This document shows, one piece after another, positions 1 through 7,895 of a stretch of DNA of 36,869 nucleotides. The stretch covers positions 1 through 36,869 of IMG/VR virus record IMGVR_UViG_3300025034_000893; one strand, given 5' to 3'. The stretch comes from a virus. Its lineage: Duplodnaviria; Caudoviricetes. The position numbers and the translations under genes are program-made. The notes beneath the pieces are model-generated. The model was not told the origin of the DNA. It ran no database searches and saw nothing but the letters and a program-made list of their open reading frames with translations. Numbering within the stretch: position 1 is the first letter of the stretch; the number at the start of each line of letters is the position of its first letter.

Positions 1-315
1 GCGCGGTCTTTGGGCGCGCCCCTCCAGGTCCACCACCTCATTCCCTTCCGCGTCAAACCGGTCAACGAGGCCCAATGGCTGACGACGCTGTGCCCTCGCT
101 GCCACGCGCAGATGGAGCGGGTGACCGATCGTCTGCTCTATAACGATCTGCACGAGTACCGGACGATGGAGGTCCGTCTTGTGGAGGTGGAAAGCTTCCA
201 GCCGAAGAGAGCCCTACGCGTCTACAACCTGGAGGTCGAGGAGGACGAGAGCTACATCGCCCGGGGGTTCGTGGCCCATAACTGCCGCTGCACGTGGATC
301 GTAGGGGAATCGTGA
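1..315 (+). CDS. C-terminus of phage head morphogenesis protein (MuF/SPP1 gp7-like) containing the C-terminal part of an intein with an HNH endonuclease; 5'-truncated by the window
   Basis: Frame is open from base 1. It contains an HNH motif (HHLIPF...LTTLCPRCH), then an intein C-terminal block (VYNLEVEEDESYIARGFVAHN) followed by CRC, the end of the MuF H-P-x-C-R-C motif. It lies just upstream of the head genes. Confidence 0.75.
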   Translation, partial: ARSLGAPLQVHHLIPFRVKPVNEAQWLTTLCPRCHAQMERVTDRLLYNDLHEYRTMEVRLVEVESFQPKRALRVYNLEVEEDESYIARGFVAHNCRCTWIVGES

Positions 316-340
316 GCAGCGCGGGATGGCGAGGCGGCGC

Positions 341-850
341 TTATGATTTCGGCTGGAAGCCGATCGACTTGCGCGGCGGGTCGGGCGGTTCCATCAGCTC
401 TCGGATGGCATCGAATACCACTCGGAATTTCGCATCGTACTTACTTTCCAGCGCGTCCAGTCGACGCGCCAGGTCTTTGTGGGAGGCCAGCATTTCTCGG
501 AGCTTGACGAAGGCCCTCATGATGGCGATGTTGGCCTGTACCGCTCGCGTGCTGCGAAGCACGCTGGAGAGCATCGAGACACCCTCCTGGGTAAACGCAT
601 ACGGTAGAAACCCGCCGAGGCTGCGTTTGGAAGGTATCACATTCTGTGATACCAAGAGATCGGCTTCTTTCTTGGAAAGCTGGAACATAAAATCGGATGG
701 AAAACGTTCACGATTTCGCTTGATCTGTTGCCTTAAGGCAATGGCTTTAACGCCGTACAAGACCGCTAAATCCCGGTCCAGCATGACCCTATGACCACGC
801 AGGAGATAGATACGCTGCTCAACTCCATCCGGAAGAACTAAGGATTTCAT
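341..850 (-). CDS. ORF6N-domain DNA-binding protein
   Basis: Typical ORF6N signature: IYLLRGHRVMLDRDLAVLYGV...KRNRERFPSDFMFQL...PYAFTQEGVSMLSSVLRS...NIAIMRAFVKLR, ending in IGF. ATG at 850 chosen as start. Confidence 0.9.
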   Translation of the reverse strand: MKSLVLPDGVEQRIYLLRGHRVMLDRDLAVLYGVKAIALRQQIKRNRERFPSDFMFQLSKKEADLLVSQNVIPSKRSLGGFLPYAFTQEGVSMLSSVLRSTRAVQANIAIMRAFVKLREMLASHKDLARRLDALESKYDAKFRVVFDAIRELMEPPDPPRKSIGFQPKS

Positions 851-861
851 AGTCGAAAGGC

Positions 862-870
862 AGTATAGCA
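862..870 (-). promoter_or_regulatory. Putative extended -10 promoter (TGcTATACT) for the ORF6N gene
   Basis: Minus-strand TGCTATACT lies 11 nt before the ATG at 850, and there is no clear SD. It is flanked by the inverted pair GTCGAA (852-857) / TTCGAC (879-884). Confidence 0.4.
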
Positions 871-894
871 AAAGCATCTTCGACAGGTAAAAAC

Positions 895-2823
895 ATGGAA
901 ACTCTGATAAAACTCGACCTCGCCGACTTCGGCAACATCTTCCGCAGGTCCCCGGCTGACCTCGACGACCAGGAACTGCTCGCCCTGGACTTCATCCTGC
1001 ACCGCGCCTGGCAGGTCAAGCGCGAAGGCGGGCTCGTTAACCTGGGCGACAAGTCCTACAGCTTCGAGGAGTTGATCGCGCGCCACGCCCTGGCCAAGAA
1101 GGAGATGTCCGAACGAGCGTTCCGCCATCCCGTCAGCGATGAGCTGGACGCGAAGACCGCGCCGCTGCTGAGCCGGGGAGAGGACGAGACAGAAAAGGGT
1201 GTCCGGCAGGCCTTCGGCTCCTATGCGGGAAAGAAGGGCCTCGCGGGCCGCATCTGCTCGCACATCCCCTATCACCGGACCTACGTCGAGCCCTTCGCCG
1301 GCGGCGGGGCCGTGTTCTGGCGTAAAGACCCCTCGCCCAGGGAAGTCCTCAACGACCGGGACGCGGAGATCCCGTTCATGTACCGCTTCATCCGCGACCA
1401 CACGGCCGAGGACCGCCGCGCTCTGGCCCAGCGCGACTGGATCATCCGCAAGTCTACGCACGAGCGGCTCAAGAAACTGGAGCCGACGACGGACAGGGAC
1501 CGCTTCTACAAGTCCTTCTATCTCACCCGCTCGTCTTATGGCAAGCAGCGCGGCGGCTCGTTTAACCCGGCCAACGAGGGCGTGCGCATCGACTTCGAGC
1601 GCAACATCACGGGCGCACAGGCCCGGCTCAAGAACGTCGCCGTCCATAACAAAGACTACCTGGCGATCCTCAAGAAGTACGACGGGCCCGAGACGTTCTT
1701 CTACATGGACCCGCCCTATCCGGGCACCTACAACCTCCACGACTTCGGCTTCAAGGAAGAGCAGTTTCTCAGGGCGATCAAGGGCCTTAAGGCGAAGTGG
1801 ATCGTCTCCTACACCGCGGAGCGCGCCAAGGTCTTCAAAGGCTATCACGTCTACCGGGTCAAGCGCCGCAACCAGATGCGGGGTCCTGGCGGCAACCAGG
1901 AGTGGATTACCGAGCTCATGGTCTCGAACTTCCCGCTTGAGTCGCTTCATCTCTACATCGAGAAGCAGTTGACGGCCACGCCCGAGGGAGACGAGGCGAC
2001 GGCCTCCGACCTGCCCTTCCTCGATGATATCGACGACCTAGAGAAAATCAACTCGCCGTTTGTGAGCCCGGGCGGCAAGCGCATGATGGCCCGCAAGATC
2101 ATCGAGCTTCTGCCAGAGCATAAGGCCTACGTCGAGCCCTTCGCCGGGGCCGGGCATGTCCTCTTCCACAAGGCGCCCTCGGAGGTCGAGGCGCTAAACG
2201 ACGTGAACGCGGACCTCATCTTCGCCTACCGCTTCGTCAAGCGCATGACGGACGCGGACCTGGCGTGGCTTAAAAGCCAGAGCTGGGTGATCTCGGAGAA
2301 GCGGGCGCGAGATCTCTTCGAGCTCAAGCCCCGAACGCCGCGCGAGCGCTTCTACCGCTTCGCCTTTCTCAACAAGGCCCACTACTGGGGCCGAACCTAT
2401 GTCCGGGAGGGGCTGCGCCGCTCGCCGACCTCGCCGCATCGCGTGGGCGCGACGATCGGCGGGCTCGACGCGCTGCCGAAGGTCCGCGAGCGGCTCGCAA
2501 AGGTACGCATGCACAACGAGGACTGGAAGCAGGTCGTCGCGCGCTACGACGCGCCCGACACGCTATTTTTCATCGACCCGCCCTACCCGAGCCACTGGCC
2601 GAAAGAGAAGGGACCTCTGGCTGGCAAGTGGTTCGACGACGCGGAACTCGTCCGGGTGCTGAAGGGGCTCAAGGGGCGGTTCATCCTGAGCTACGAGTTG
2701 GAGAAGGCCGCGGCCTTCAAGGACTTCCGGAGGACCCGCATCAAGACGGTCCATACGGGGACGCACCAGCTTGGGAATCGGAGGAAGTATGAGTTGCTGG
2801 TCTCGAATTTTTCTTTAAAATGA
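895..2823 (+). CDS. Protein with an N-terminal ~100 aa helical domain plus two tandem Dam-family (D12 class) N6-adenine DNA methyltransferase domains
   Basis: Domain 1: YAGKK...YVEPFAGGGAVF...LNDRD...FYMDPPY...ELMVSNF. Domain 2: PGGK...YVEPFAGAGHVLF...LNDVN...FFIDPPY...ELLVSNF. The two are separated by an acidic linker. Confidence 0.92.
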   Translation: METLIKLDLADFGNIFRRSPADLDDQELLALDFILHRAWQVKREGGLVNLGDKSYSFEELIARHALAKKEMSERAFRHPVSDELDAKTAPLLSRGEDETEKGVRQAFGSYAGKKGLAGRICSHIPYHRTYVEPFAGGGAVFWRKDPSPREVLNDRDAEIPFMYRFIRDHTAEDRRALAQRDWIIRKSTHERLKKLEPTTDRDRFYKSFYLTRSSYGKQRGGSFNPANEGVRIDFERNITGAQARLKNVAVHNKDYLAILKKYDGPETFFYMDPPYPGTYNLHDFGFKEEQFLRAIKGLKAKWIVSYTAERAKVFKGYHVYRVKRRNQMRGPGGNQEWITELMVSNFPLESLHLYIEKQLTATPEGDEATASDLPFLDDIDDLEKINSPFVSPGGKRMMARKIIELLPEHKAYVEPFAGAGHVLFHKAPSEVEALNDVNADLIFAYRFVKRMTDADLAWLKSQSWVISEKRARDLFELKPRTPRERFYRFAFLNKAHYWGRTYVREGLRRSPTSPHRVGATIGGLDALPKVRERLAKVRMHNEDWKQVVARYDAPDTLFFIDPPYPSHWPKEKGPLAGKWFDDAELVRVLKGLKGRFILSYELEKAAAFKDFRRTRIKTVHTGTHQLGNRRKYELLVSNFSLK

Positions 2824-2928
2824 AGCGGCGCTTCCTTGGACAAAGTATCGGCATACAATCGAGACAACGCCTCTTTCCTCCTCTGGTGTCCGTCGGTTCT
2901 ACCCGTTGTTAGACCGAGCCGTTGATGT

Positions 2929-3366
2929 TTATTCCGACTTTGATCTTGGGATTGCTGGAAACTTGGCCCATTGATGCTCATGATTCTTTAGATCGCCCCA
3001 GTTCAGACCCGTGGATCCGGGACGCGAACGATATGCGTCTTGCGCCTCCTTATGTGTCAGGATAAAAAACCTCAAATGACCTTCACTATCGGGTGGCGGC
3101 ACGTGGACTACCACAAGAAAAAGGTCGTTTTGAGCCTCGCCTGCGAAGAATATGTCCTGGACTCGGAGTCCGGCCGCGTAGGTGATGCCTTTGACCTCGA
3201 CCTTGAAGGCCATCCCATCCGGGACTGAACACAATAAATCGACTTTCGAAGTGTTCGACATTGTGAGGCAAACGTTAAAGCCCCGTCGAGACAGCTCCGA
3301 AGCCGTGCCATATGTGGCAGCCATTGATATGAGATTCCTTTGATGAGTCTTACTCATCTCTGTCAC
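2929..3366 (-). CDS. Small PD-(D/E)XK restriction-endonuclease-fold protein
   Basis: TASELSRRGFNV...KVDLLC...FKVEVKG fits the D...(D/E)xK pattern. Start may be GTG 3366 or ATG 3357. Confidence 0.65.
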   Translation of the reverse strand: MTEMSKTHQRNLISMAATYGTASELSRRGFNVCLTMSNTSKVDLLCSVPDGMAFKVEVKGITYAAGLRVQDIFFAGEAQNDLFLVVVHVPPPDSEGHLRFFILTHKEAQDAYRSRPGSTGLNWGDLKNHEHQWAKFPAIPRSKSE

Positions 3367-3545
3367 CAGACTGGCTTATCACATTGCGAGCATTTCGAAC
3401 TCCCAGAGCCACAAGACGAGCAGAGCTGCGCCGCCACTGACGCGAATGGACGGCCACACTTCACGCATTCGGAGGCTTTGTTTCCGAAACCGCACGAGTC
3501 ACATAGCTTCGCGGGTGATTGACATCATATTTTCGTTGCCAGAAA

Positions 3546-4934
3546 TTACTTCTGATCGGTGGAAAAGATCGCGATTAGATTTTTAATCACTCGCTCAATT
3601 TGAACATCATCGAACACTATTTCTTGTTGCTTTCTCGCGATTTCTGGCTCGAAATCAAACCCGTTAAATCCACTTGCTGCCAGCATGGTGAAACCCGGCA
3701 ACTCAATTTTCTCATTGTACTGAGTGGTCAAAGTCTGATTGTCCACAAATTCTCCAAAAATTTCAAAAAAGCGTCTTGACGGCAACTCCTTGCTTGATAT
3801 GAAGTATGCCATCGTCACATGACCACCGGGATGCCTCCCTTGGAGCGCAGCGCTCAGCCCGGTAGCATCGTCTGTAAAAAACTTCGCAGTGAATCTGTAT
3901 TTTCCAGCCTCCCAATGCGGGTGAAGCACACGTACCCCGTATCCTATGGGGGTCTGCTTGATATTTGTCCTTGCAAAAAGTCCCCGATACCTTTTGGGCT
4001 TACTAAAGTATCGATATAATTCAAGTGGGCCTAATGCGGGAGATATCCCCACTCCATCACTCCCAAGCTTTTTGACATTATAGATGTGCAACAACCACGT
4101 TAGCTTATCGAGCTTATCAACACCCTTTGCTTTGCGATAGTCGAGTATGTAGTCCCCTACTTGAGATAGTGAGACCTCCCCTGCCTTTGTTGTGTTCTTT
4201 CGTGTCTGCCCGATCTTCCGGGATACCAAATCAACATGGCGTTGGGCGTCAGCATCTCCCTGTTCAGCCGCTTTGCGGAACCACTTCAATGCTTCATTCA
4301 AATCCGTTTTTACGCCCTTCCCATCGTAATAGCACGCCGCTAGATTGAACTGCGCTTCAGGCAAGCCCTGCGTTGCCGCCTTTAAATACCAATTGAATGC
4401 GTCAGAGTAACTCTGCGGTACCCCTTGCCCTTTCTCAAATTGGACACCCATATTAAATTGCGCCAGGGCAACTCCTTGTTCGGCTGGCTTGCGCCATAGC
4501 TGTATTGCCTTCTCGAAATCTCGTGGCACCCCATTGCCCCTTGCATACATCCTTCCAAGATTTACCTGGGAATAGCTGTCGCCTTGGTCAGCCGCCTTTC
4601 GATACCAGTCGGCGGCTTCGCCGTAGTTCTGCGGGACGCCCCGAGCCGTCTCGTACATTAGTCCGAGGTTAAATTGTGCCTTGACATTTCCTTGCTTGGC
4701 CGACTTGCGGAACCACCACATTGCTTTACCATAATCCTTAGAAACTCCTTCCCCATCAAAATACATATTCCCAAGTCTTTTTTGCGCCTCGGCATTCCCG
4801 TTCTCCGCCGCGACCAGGAATAATTCCCGCGCTCTCACATAATCCTTCGCACTATACGCTGCCGAGGCTTTGTCCAAATCTGCAGCCCGAGACAATTGCA
4901 CACCAAACAAAATGACAGCAAGCAGGACTTTCAT
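3546..4934 (-). CDS. Secreted SEL1-like repeat protein with a C-terminal domain of unknown function
   Basis: Signal peptide MKVLLAVILFGVQLSRA, then about five 36-aa SEL1 repeats (AQFNLGLMYETARGVPQNYGEAADWYRKAADQG type). The region is visibly more AT-rich than its flanks. Confidence 0.9.
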   Translation of the reverse strand: MKVLLAVILFGVQLSRAADLDKASAAYSAKDYVRARELFLVAAENGNAEAQKRLGNMYFDGEGVSKDYGKAMWWFRKSAKQGNVKAQFNLGLMYETARGVPQNYGEAADWYRKAADQGDSYSQVNLGRMYARGNGVPRDFEKAIQLWRKPAEQGVALAQFNMGVQFEKGQGVPQSYSDAFNWYLKAATQGLPEAQFNLAACYYDGKGVKTDLNEALKWFRKAAEQGDADAQRHVDLVSRKIGQTRKNTTKAGEVSLSQVGDYILDYRKAKGVDKLDKLTWLLHIYNVKKLGSDGVGISPALGPLELYRYFSKPKRYRGLFARTNIKQTPIGYGVRVLHPHWEAGKYRFTAKFFTDDATGLSAALQGRHPGGHVTMAYFISSKELPSRRFFEIFGEFVDNQTLTTQYNEKIELPGFTMLAASGFNGFDFEPEIARKQQEIVFDDVQIERVIKNLIAIFSTDQK

Positions 4935-5136
4935 GAGATTCTTTCCGCCTGGGATGTCTTCAGATTGCAGCCCATACGCTTTTGTTCAATAAATCGTTTC
5001 ATCTCAGCCCTTTGTGCGATTATACAAATCGTTGCCAACCCCCGCTGTTACCGCCACCCTCCTGTGCAGACCTGGCGAGCGCGTGTGGCGTGAGGCCCTG
5101 CCTGAAATCTCGATTGTCAACAAGTTAACCTGTGCA

Positions 5137-5165
5137 TGGACTCCCGCGCCGCCATCCACTAAACT
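5137..5165 (+). promoter_or_regulatory. Putative sigma70-type promoter for a near-leaderless transcript of the DUF2292-like gene and downstream head operon
   Basis: TGGACT (5137-5142), 17 nt spacer, TAAACT (5160-5165); ATG at 5173 with no SD. Confidence 0.45.
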
Positions 5166-5172
5166 TGAATGG

Positions 5173-5352
5173 ATGACGAACGAAGCGCGCGACAAAGCCC
5201 TGGACGAAGCCCTCTGGAAATTTCACCAGCGGAACAAGCATGACCGCTTCTTCGGCACCGCCGAACTGCACTACCAGGGCGGCCAGATCGTGCGCATCAA
5301 GAAACAGGAGACGCTTACGCCACAGGACCTTCTGCGAATAACGGACCGATAG
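5173..5352 (+). CDS. Small DUF2292/YezD-like protein (59 aa)
   Basis: RFFGTAELHYQGGQIVRIKKQETL matches the (F/Y)G-x-(V/I)-x-(I/L)-x-x-Q-(D/N/G)-G-x-(I/V)-V-x-I-x-x-x-E pattern of DUF2292-like proteins. Confidence 0.6.
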   Translation: MTNEARDKALDEALWKFHQRNKHDRFFGTAELHYQGGQIVRIKKQETLTPQDLLRITDR

Positions 5353-5376
5353 TCTAAGCGCCGTCGAGCGGAATCG

Positions 5377-5427
5377 AAGCGCTGTCAGAGCACGGGATAA
5401 CTCCCGGCCGACAGCGCTTTTTGTTTT
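5377..5427 (+). terminator. Intrinsic terminator/attenuator directly upstream of the prohead protease gene
   Basis: Perfect 10-bp stem AAGCGCTGTC (5377-5386) / GACAGCGCTT (5410-5419), inner stem CGGGA-TAAC-TCCCG, and a TTTTTGTTTT tract at 5418-5427. Confidence 0.75.
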
Positions 5428-5434
5428 GGAGAAC

Positions 5435-6616
5435 ATGGAAACGCAAACAGCCGTCTTAAAACGAGAAGTCCCCTTCACCTTCCCGCTTGAAATCTACAAG
5501 CAGGGCGACGAGGCGGGCGAGTTCCACATCGTCGGCTATGCGGCCACGGTCGACTTCGACCGCCAGGGCGACATCCTCACCGGTGAGGCGCTCAAGGCCG
5601 CGGCCGCCGACCTCCTCAAGAACTCCACGGTTCTTCTCAACCACGATCTCAAGCACCCGATCGGCCGCGTCACGAGCGTCAAGTTCGACAAACGCGGAAT
5701 CTTGATCGACGCGCTGATCTCGTCCACCGAGCCCGAGGTGATCCAGAAGATCAAAGAAGGCGTGCTCAATAAGTTTTCGATCCGCGGCCAGGTCTTGGAG
5801 CGCGAGCGCAAGTGGCTCAAGGAAGAAGAACGCGTGGTCAATGTCATTAAGCGCGTGACGCTCTCCGAGGTGTCGATCGTTTCCGTTCCGGCGAACCCCG
5901 AGGCCAAGGCCGTAGGCTGGTACATCTCCAAGGCGCTCATGGCCGACAACCCAGATCCCGAAGGAGGCACAGATATGGACGACAAAGACAAACCCGCAGA
6001 CGGGGCGGCACCTCCCCAAAGCGCGGACGCTCCGGCGGCCGCGGCAGAGCCCGACAAGGGCAAGGACACCACGCCCAGCACCGGCCAACCGGCCGCCGCC
6101 CCGGAAGCAGCGCAAGCTCCGGCGGCAGAGCCCGCGCCGGCGGCTACCCCGCAACCCGCACCCCCCGCCGAGGCCCCGCCCGCGGCGGCTCCCGAAGAAT
6201 CCCCGGACGGCATCGAGAAGGCTCTGCACCAGGTGCTGGCGCAGCAACTCGCGCCGGCATTCGGACTCTTGGACCGGCTGATCGCCATGCCAAACGAGGA
6301 AGTGAAGCTCAAGGCCCGGGAGATCAAGGCAATGCTCATGCGCCTCCTTGGCGAGGACGGACCTCTCGCGTCGGGCGCGGGCAACGGCACCATGGCTTCC
6401 AAGGAGGATGTGGGAGCCCTGGTCCAGCAAGAAGTCGAGAAGCAGCTCAAGAAGGCCATGGACGCGGTCCCGACGCTGCGAAAGGGGCTCGCCCCGATCG
6501 GCCGCCCCGCGGACGGAGGCGGCGATGATGAAGTCATCAAGGCGTTCGAGAAGCTGGAACCCAGCGCGAAGCTGCGGACCCTGCTCACCATCGAGCACGG
6601 CCGCCGCGACGCCTAG
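5435..6616 (+). CDS. HK97-family prohead protease fused to a scaffold-like C-terminal region
   Basis: IVGYAATVDFDRQGD...LLNHDLKHPIGRV...GVLNKFSIRG...LSEVSIVSVPANPEA, then a Pro/Ala/Glu-rich linker and helical tail. GGAGA precedes ATG 5435. Confidence 0.9.
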   Translation: METQTAVLKREVPFTFPLEIYKQGDEAGEFHIVGYAATVDFDRQGDILTGEALKAAAADLLKNSTVLLNHDLKHPIGRVTSVKFDKRGILIDALISSTEPEVIQKIKEGVLNKFSIRGQVLERERKWLKEEERVVNVIKRVTLSEVSIVSVPANPEAKAVGWYISKALMADNPDPEGGTDMDDKDKPADGAAPPQSADAPAAAAEPDKGKDTTPSTGQPAAAPEAAQAPAAEPAPAATPQPAPPAEAPPAAAPEESPDGIEKALHQVLAQQLAPAFGLLDRLIAMPNEEVKLKAREIKAMLMRLLGEDGPLASGAGNGTMASKEDVGALVQQEVEKQLKKAMDAVPTLRKGLAPIGRPADGGGDDEVIKAFEKLEPSAKLRTLLTIEHGRRDA

Positions 6617-6637
6617 GACGCAAGGAGGAATGAAAAC

Positions 6638-7543
6638 ATGAACGATCTGGAAGAACTCAAAAAGGCCCTCAACGTCGCGGGAGTAGGAGCGATCCTCCAG
6701 CAACCGCAGATCGACCGGGTGCTGGCGGAGATCATCGAGCGCAACAACCCGCTGCGGCAGAACCTGCCCCGCCGGCCCGGGTCGGGCTCGGCCTACATCC
6801 ACAACGCCCGCACCGCGCGAGGATCGGCGGCCTTCGTCGACGACACCGACGAGCCGACCGAGCAGGAAGGGACCTACGTCCAGAAGTCCTTCACCTACAA
6901 GACCATCCTCCAGCGCGGGAAGGTCACGCGGCGGCTTCAGAAGCAGGGCAAGACCCTGCTCGACATCGAGGCCGAGGAGATCGAGTCGGCTCTCCAGTCG
7001 GTGCGCGACAAGGAAGAGCAGGCCCTGATCGTGGGCGACGGCTCGACCAACCCCAAGGAGTTCAGCGGCCTGCGCAAGCTCATCCCCGCCGGGCAGCAGA
7101 TCTCGGCCGGGGCCAACGGCGGGCCGCTGACGCTCAAGCTCCTCGATGAGGCCATCGACAAGGTGATCGGCAATCCAAACATGCTGCTCATGACCAAGGC
7201 GATGCACCGCAAGCTCAACTCGCTCTTGCAGGCGCAGCAGCGCTTCACCGAGACCGTCGAGGTCAAGGGCGGCTTCCGCCTGCAGGCCTACCAGGGCATC
7301 CCGATCTTCCGGACGATCTGGCAGCCCGCCAACGAGGTGCAGGGCACGGCGAACGACACGCAGTCGCTCTACATCTTCGAGAGCGGCCCCGAGGTGTTCA
7401 TCAGCGTGCTCACCGAGCTAACGATGGAGCGCCTGGCGAAGAAGTCCTCGCAGGGCAACGAGTTCGACGTGTTCGAGGACGAGACTCTCGTCATCAAAAA
7501 CGAGCTCAAGGCGGCCCGGCTCAAGGGACTGAACCTCGTCTAA
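6638..7543 (+). CDS. Major capsid protein (HK97 fold)
   Basis: 301 aa, directly after protease/scaffold, strong AGGAGG SD. Capsid-like segments include EEQALIVGDGSTNPKEFSGLRKLI and LTLKLLDEAIDKV. Confidence 0.85.
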   Translation: MNDLEELKKALNVAGVGAILQQPQIDRVLAEIIERNNPLRQNLPRRPGSGSAYIHNARTARGSAAFVDDTDEPTEQEGTYVQKSFTYKTILQRGKVTRRLQKQGKTLLDIEAEEIESALQSVRDKEEQALIVGDGSTNPKEFSGLRKLIPAGQQISAGANGGPLTLKLLDEAIDKVIGNPNMLLMTKAMHRKLNSLLQAQQRFTETVEVKGGFRLQAYQGIPIFRTIWQPANEVQGTANDTQSLYIFESGPEVFISVLTELTMERLAKKSSQGNEFDVFEDETLVIKNELKAARLKGLNLV

Positions 7544-7881
7544 TGGCTGAGGGATTAAAGCTCAGAAAGCTGTGCCCGCCGTTCGGCACGCCCGAGTCTC
7601 CCATCTGGGAGTTCGGCTACGACGAACAGGTCCGCGTGGTCGGGGGGCTTTGCATTGTGAAGTCCCCCGCCATGCGTGACCGGCTCGTGAAGATGGGCTA
7701 CGAGCTCGCGACAGAGGATGAGGCTCCTCCAGCGGGCGGCGAGGCGGAGGAAAACGACGCGAGTCCGGCGACCGATGAGGTTTCGCCCGCGCCCGCAAAC
7801 CCTAACCCAGTGGATGGGTCCTCCGACCCCGCCGCCGCGCCGGAGGAGCAGCCTCCGGGAAGTCCGTCGGGAGGCGCATAG
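7543..7881 (+). CDS. Hypothetical phage protein with acidic/Pro-rich disordered C-terminus
   Basis: TAATG stop-start overlap with the capsid gene; codon usage consistent with the operon. Confidence 0.65.
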   Translation: MAEGLKLRKLCPPFGTPESPIWEFGYDEQVRVVGGLCIVKSPAMRDRLVKMGYELATEDEAPPAGGEAEENDASPATDEVSPAPANPNPVDGSSDPAAAPEEQPPGSPSGGA

Positions 7882-7895
7882 GGAGGTAGGCGGCG

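Noticed and set aside
6000-6210. Repeat array in the protease/scaffold gene
   Set aside because: Low-complexity Pro/Ala/Glu linker coding, not a DNA repeat or CRISPR array.
5456-7207. 583-aa minus-strand ORF, and similar long antisense ORFs at 847-1950, 9503-11662 and 16804-18447
   Set aside because: These are shadow ORFs opposite well-supported genes, expected in GC-rich DNA with biased codon usage; they contain no motifs.
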